Of a DNA stretch of 64,000 nt, positions 58,685-64,000 are shown piece after piece. This DNA comes from Camelus dromedarius (Eukaryota). The position numbers and the translations under genes are program-made. The stretch lies in NCBI RefSeq assembly GCF_036321535.1, contig NC_087436.1, positions 122,018,001 through 122,082,000 on the forward strand, given 5' to 3'. The notes under the pieces are model-generated. The model saw only the letters and a program-made list of their open reading frames with translations. It was not told the origin of the DNA and searched no databases. Position 1 is the first letter of the stretch, and every line of letters begins with the position of its first letter.

Positions 58685-60049
58685 TTTTTTTAATTGAAGT
58701 ACAGTCAATTACAGTGTGTCAGTCAGTCTCTGGTGTACAGCACAATGTCCCAGTCATGCATATACATATATTCATTTTCATATTTTTTCCATTAAAGATT
58801 ATTATAAGATACTGAACATAGTTCCCTGTGCTATACAAAAAAACTTTTTTTAAGAAATCTATTTTTATATATAGTGGCTAACATTTGTAAATCTCAAACT
58901 CCCAGATTTATCCCCTCCCACCCCCTTTCCCCGGTAACCATAAGACTGTTTACTATGTCTGCAAGTCTGATTCTGTTTTGTAGATGAGTTCATAGTGTCC
59001 TTTTTTTTTTTTTTTTTTTTTAAGATTCCACATATGAGTGATGTATGGTATTTTTCTTTCTCTTTCTGGATTACTTCACTTAGAATGACTGTCTCGGTCC
59101 ATCCAGGTTGATGCAAATGTCATTATTTTATTCTTTTTATGGCAGAGTAGTATTCCATTGTATATCACAGCTTCTTTATCCAGTCATCTGTCAATGGACA
59201 TTAGGTTACTTGTATGTCTTGGCTATTGTATATAGTGCTGCTATGAGCATTGGGGTGCATGTATCTTTTTGCGTTAGAGTTCCCTCCAGATATATAGGGT
59301 TCCCTCCAGAAGTGGGATTGGTGGATCACATGGTAAGGATTTTTAGTTTTTTGAGGAATTTCCATACTGTTTTCCATAATGGCTGCACCTAACTACATTC
59401 CCACCAGCAGTGTAGGAGGGTTCCCTTTTCTCCACACCCTCTCCAGCATTTATCTTTTGTGGACTTTTGAGTGGTGACCATTCTGACTGGGGTGAGGTGA
59501 TACTTCATTGTAGTTTTGATTTGCATTTCCCTGATGATTAGCGATACTGAGCATTTTTTCATGTGCCTATTTGCCATTCATATGTCTTGGAGAATTGCTT
59601 GTTTAGGCCTTCTGCTCATTTTTGGATTGGGGTTTTTGGGGTTGTTTTTTTTTTTAAATAAGTTGTATGAGCTGTTTATATATTCTGGAAATTAAGCCCT
59701 TGTCAGTTGCATCATTTGCAGATGTTTTCTCCCATTCCGTAGGTTGTTTCTTTGGTTTGTTTATGGTTTCCTTTGCTGTGCAAAAGCTTATAAGTTTAAT
59801 TAGATCCATTTGTTTATTTTTGCTTTTATTTCTGTTGCCTTGGTAGGCTGACCTAGGAGAATATTGCCAAGATTAATGTCACAAAATGTTTTGCCTATGT
59901 TTTCTTCCAGATTTATGGTGTCCTGTCTTATGTTGAAGTCTTTAAGCCATTTTGAGTTTATTTTGTGTATGGTGTGAGGGAGTATTCTAACTTTATTGAC
60001 TCACATGCAGCTGTCCAGTTTTCCCAGCACCACTTGCTGAAGAGAGACT
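58685..60049 (-). mobile_element. 5'-truncated LINE-1 with 16-bp TSD
   Basis: tttttttaattgaagtacagtc 3' end; ORF2 peptide [38 protein letters not shown](A/G)TCTT at 58669-58684 and 60050-60065. Confidence 0.93.
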
Positions 60050-60085
60050 CATTTTACTTTGTCTTAAAGTTATGCTGTTCAGTTT

Positions 60086-60267
60086 TTTGTATATATATTT
60101 TCATTGAAGTATAGTCAGTTTGCAATGTTGTGTCAATTTCTGGTGTACAGCATAATGCTTTGGTCATACACGAACATACCTATATTTGTTTTCATATTCT
60201 TTTTCACCGTAAGTTACTACAAGATATTGAATATAGTTCCCTGTGCTATACAGTGTAAACTTGCTGT
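60086..60267 (-). mobile_element. Very short LINE-1 3'-end insertion with TSD
   Basis: cattgaagtatagtcag..aagatattgaatatagttccctgtgctatacag; TSD TTATGCTGTTCA at 60070-60081 and 60268-60279. Confidence 0.88.
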
Positions 60268-60990
60268 TTATGCTGTTCAATTTTAATTCTTTAATCCACC
60301 AGGAGTTTATTTTTATATATAGCATGAGAGATTGAGTTCTGATTTTACTATTTTTTCCCCATAAATAACCAAATTGTCTTATCACCATTTGTTGAAGCGT
60401 ACAAATTTAAAATCAGTATTTTTCTAGTGAAGGGACCCTCTTAATATTTTGAAATAAATTATCTTTAAATGTTTTTTGACTTCATGTATGTTTTGTTAGA
60501 TACTATGGGCACTACCAATTTTGAGCCACAAACTGGGTTCAAGCTCCAAGAGTCTTTGGAGGACCCAGTTGATTTCTGTCTGGGCTATATTTCTAACCAA
60601 GGGCTCTTCCACTTCTGGCCATCCTGATCTTAAGATTGTTGGGGTCCTTTGAGTTCTTAGTTTATTATGAAGAGGGTCTCCTCTGACTTCCTACTTTCTG
60701 TGGACCTTGGACTTCGATTTTTCTCCCACTCATCTTGTAAGTCTCAAGAATCATGGGTTCTATTTTTCCATGATTGGCAGTTGAGTAAAGCAGCGCTCCT
60801 CCCTTACCAATCTGGGCTGTTTTATTGGACTGGTGGTTCCTTTTAATATCTTATCTCTTTGTTGCTTTTAGGAAGCTTTTGTTTTGACTCTTTAAATATT
60901 TCATTTAGCCTTTTATGTTTTTTCCCATGGAAGAATTGATCTGAATACCTACCTTAACCTTTCTTAAAATAAGGCTTGTGATTAGTTTTT

Positions 60991-61696
60991 TAAATTTTTT
61001 TATTGTGGCAAAATACATAAAATGTAAAATTTACATTTTTAACCATTTTTAGTGTCCAATTCAATGACATTAAACACATTCACAATGTCATGCAGCCATG
61101 ACCACTATGCATTTCCAGAATTTTTTCATCCTCCCAAATGGTCCAAACTCTGTGCCTATTGAATATTAACTCCTCATCCCTCCTTTTTCCCCATCCCCTG
61201 GTAACTTTTATTCCACTTTGTCTCTGAATTTGCCTATTTTAGTTACCTCATATAAGTAGAATTATATGTGTCCTTTTGTGTTTCACTTATCTCAGAATAA
61301 TGTCCTTAAGTTTCATCCATATTGTAGCATGTGTCAGAATTTTATTTATTTTTGTAGCTGAATATTCCATTATGTGTACATAACACGTTTTGTTTATCTG
61401 TTCATTTGTTAATAGACACTTGGGTTGTTTACACCTTTTGGCTGTTGTGAATAATGCTGCTGTGAACATTGGTGTACACATATTTGAGTCTGTTTTCATT
61501 TCTTTTGGGTGTATACCTATAGGAATGGATGCTGGATCATACAGTAAGTGTGTGTTTAACTTTTTGAGGAACTGCCTAACATTTCCACAACAACTGCACC
61601 GGAGTTCCAGTTTCTCCACATCTTTGCCTACATTTGTTATGTTCCCTTTTTAAAAAAAATATATAATAGCCATCCTAATGGATGTGAAGTGGTATC
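60991..61696 (-). mobile_element. L1MB-like 3' fragment with 14-bp TSD
   Basis: attgtggcaaaatacataaaatgtaaaatttacatttttaacc; peptide MCTPMFTAALFTTAKR; TSD TGTGATTAGTTTTT at 60977-60990 and 61697-61710. Confidence 0.88.
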
Positions 61697-62692
61697 TGTG
61701 ATTAGTTTTTAAAAAATCGATGATTTTACTTTCTCGATCTATTAGATAATTATGTAAAAATCCTATGATGGTGGATTTGAAAATTTCTCATTGTAGCTTT
61801 ATCAGTTTTTTCTTTAAATTTGAGTTTATTTTATAAGTTACATCCAAGTTTAAAATTGCAGTGAATTATTATCTTGGTAGATTTAAATTGCAGTGGACTG
61901 AACCATTTTAGTGTTATATAACGACTCTGTTGTTCTTTTTGTCTGTTAATATTCCTATGCGATCTTTCTTTTGGTTAGTATTTGCAAGGTAATGCTTTTT
62001 ACCTTTACTTATGTATCTTTTATATTCTTTTTACTTAGCATTATGAAATAAACATTTTCACTCTATGTAATTTTGTTAACTTTTAATGTTACAATACTCT
62101 ATTGACTTAATTACTGTCATAATTTTTGTAACCAGTCCACCATCATTGGATGTTTTGATAGTCTTCATTTTTTTCTTTTGTTTGCTCTTAAATGGTATCA
62201 TGTATATCTTGTGTATATAGCTTTTTGTTGTTGGGTACTTTCATTTGGATGAACTCTCAGAAGTAGAATTATTGGGTTTCCTGGGTTTATACATTGTTTA
62301 AAGACCTTTGATACTGCCATATTACTTTTCAAAGGAGTTGTACCTATTTACAATGCCACCAGCACTATTTAAATGTCTACTGGACACCATTTGTTATATG
62401 ACATACCATCACTTCATGAATTGCTAAGAAAGAAACTTTTTTAGTTAAATTAACAGTATTTTTCTTATTTAGAACTTTTATTTTATACCTATTAGAAGGT
62501 ATCTTTTAGGTGTGGGTAGACATAGATTTTTATCAGGTCACTTTTGACTGTACATTAAAAAGAAAAAAGTCAATTAAAATGGTTAAAGTTTTTCTAAAGC
62601 TTCACCCCTTAGTGTCTAGATCTTCTATGTTATTTCTTGACTCAAAGTATTCTTTATATTTTTTCACCTTGTGTATCAAGAATGTCAGTGTT

Positions 62693-63520
62693 AACAAAAA
62701 AAATAATAACCTGATTTTAAAATGGGCTAAAGACTTGAATAGGTATTTCTCCAAAGAAGGCTTACAAAATGGCCAATAGGTATATGAGTAGATGCTTGAT
62801 GTCACTAATCATCAGGCAAGTGCAAATCAAAACTACAATGAGATATCACCTTATACTTGTTAGAATAGCTATTACCAAAAAACCAAGAGACAGATGTTAG
62901 GGAGGATGTGGAGAACTCGGAACTCTTGTACATTATTGGTGGAAATGCAGAATGGTGCAGCTGCTGTGGAACACAGTATGGAAGTTCCTTGAAATTTTTG
63001 AAAACAGAACTATTGTATGATTCAGCACTCCTACTTCTGGGTATATATCCAAAGGAAAACAGGATGTTGAAGAGATATTTGCACTCACAGGTTCATTGTA
63101 ACACTGCTCGTAGTAACTGAGATGTGGGAACAGCCTAAAAGTCCATCAGTAGGGGAATGGATAAAGAAAATGTAGTATATTCATACAGTGGAGTATTATT
63201 CAGCCTTAAAAAATACTGCAATATGGGACAACATGGATGAACGTTGAGGAGATTATGCTAAGTGAAATGCCAATCACAAGGGAATCTTGCATGAATCTAC
63301 TTATACGAGGTCTCTAAAATGGACTCATTTCTAGAAGCCCAGAGTAGAGTGGTGGTTGCTGTGGATGAGTGGTTGTTAATCAACAAGTATGAAGTTTTAG
63401 TTAGGCAAGGTGGACAGGTTCTGGAGATCTGCTGTGCAGTGTTGTGCGTACAGTTCTCAATCCTGTGTTGTACACTTGAATCTGTTGAGGGGAAATCTCT
63501 TGTGCTCTTACCAAAACAAC
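62693..63520 (+). mobile_element. LINE-1 3' fragment (L1MA-like), sense orientation
   Basis: aaaatgggctaaagacttgaataggtatttctccaaagaag..caaatcaaaactacaatgagatatcacct..gaatggataaagaaaatgt. Confidence 0.9.
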
Positions 63521-63524
63521 CGAA

Positions 63525-63614
63525 TTTTTTTTTAAACTAGAGATACTAGAGATCGAACCCAGGACTTTGTGCATGCTAAGCACTGCTCTGCCACTGACCT
63601 ATACCCATCCCCCC
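63525..63614 (-). mobile_element. Camelid Vic-1-type SINE (short)
   Basis: gatcgaacccaggactttgtgcatgctaagcactgctctgccactgacctatacccatcccc. Confidence 0.85.
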
Positions 63615-64000
63615 ATTTTTTAAAAAAAATGGTAAAGCACTTCTTATGAGTGTCTGCTCAATAACAGTAACATGATGCTCCTAAATATACAGTGTATACT
63701 GATTTCAGATATATTAAAATGTGAAAGGTTGCATCCTAGAATCACTAAAATATGGTGATTTCACTATAACCTAATTGGGTATCATTATTTACAATTCTTC
63801 CTTAGCCAGTGAGGGATAAAATGTCATTTGTATCAATTTTAACTTGCATTTTTATTATTAATGAAATTGAATATTTTTTAATATTTGTAGGAGTATTAGC
63901 AATTTTAAAGGTCTTGAGTATTGAAATTAAAGGTGAGATGTTTCTCACTGCATTCAAGTTTACAGAGTTTTTCTTCAAAGGGAGACCACTTAATGTAGGT

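Noticed and set aside
1..64000. CRISPR arrays, operons, rRNA or other prokaryote-type systems
   Set aside because: No repeat-spacer arrays or gene-dense segments. The window is explained by spliced mammalian genes and interspersed repeats.

Overview
Mammalian genomic DNA, almost certainly from a camelid (Camelus/Vicugna/Lama), judged by seven tRNA-Ala-derived Vic-1-type SINEs. It is the conserved ZFYVE28-MXD4-HAUS3/POLN block, with all three genes on the + strand. The window holds the last five coding exons and 3' UTR of ZFYVE28 (FYVE domain, ends ...SDKAGI*), the complete six-exon MXD4 CDS (630 nt, 209 aa) with its CpG-island promoter and ~3 kb 3' UTR, and the CpG-island promoter, leader exons and first three coding exons of HAUS3. 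The last HAUS3 coding exon and the POLN coding exons were not found and probably lie beyond the window. Splice phases are consistent across all called coding exons. The left ~48 kb is very GC-rich and switches abruptly to AT-rich, L1-dense DNA at HAUS3. I found no convincing new multi-gene system, and most ORF-track entries are GC-rich noise. The most notable oddities are: two tail-to-tail SINEs bracketed by three copies of one 13-bp target duplication; a 370-codon alternative frame reachable by skipping a ZFYVE28 FYVE exon; a G-quadruplex motif abutting the MXD4 ATG; a full-length CTCF site between ZFYVE28 and MXD4; and a seed-diverged MIR4800-like hairpin. Repeat boundaries are approximate. 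Comparisons with human sequences are from memory, not from a search.
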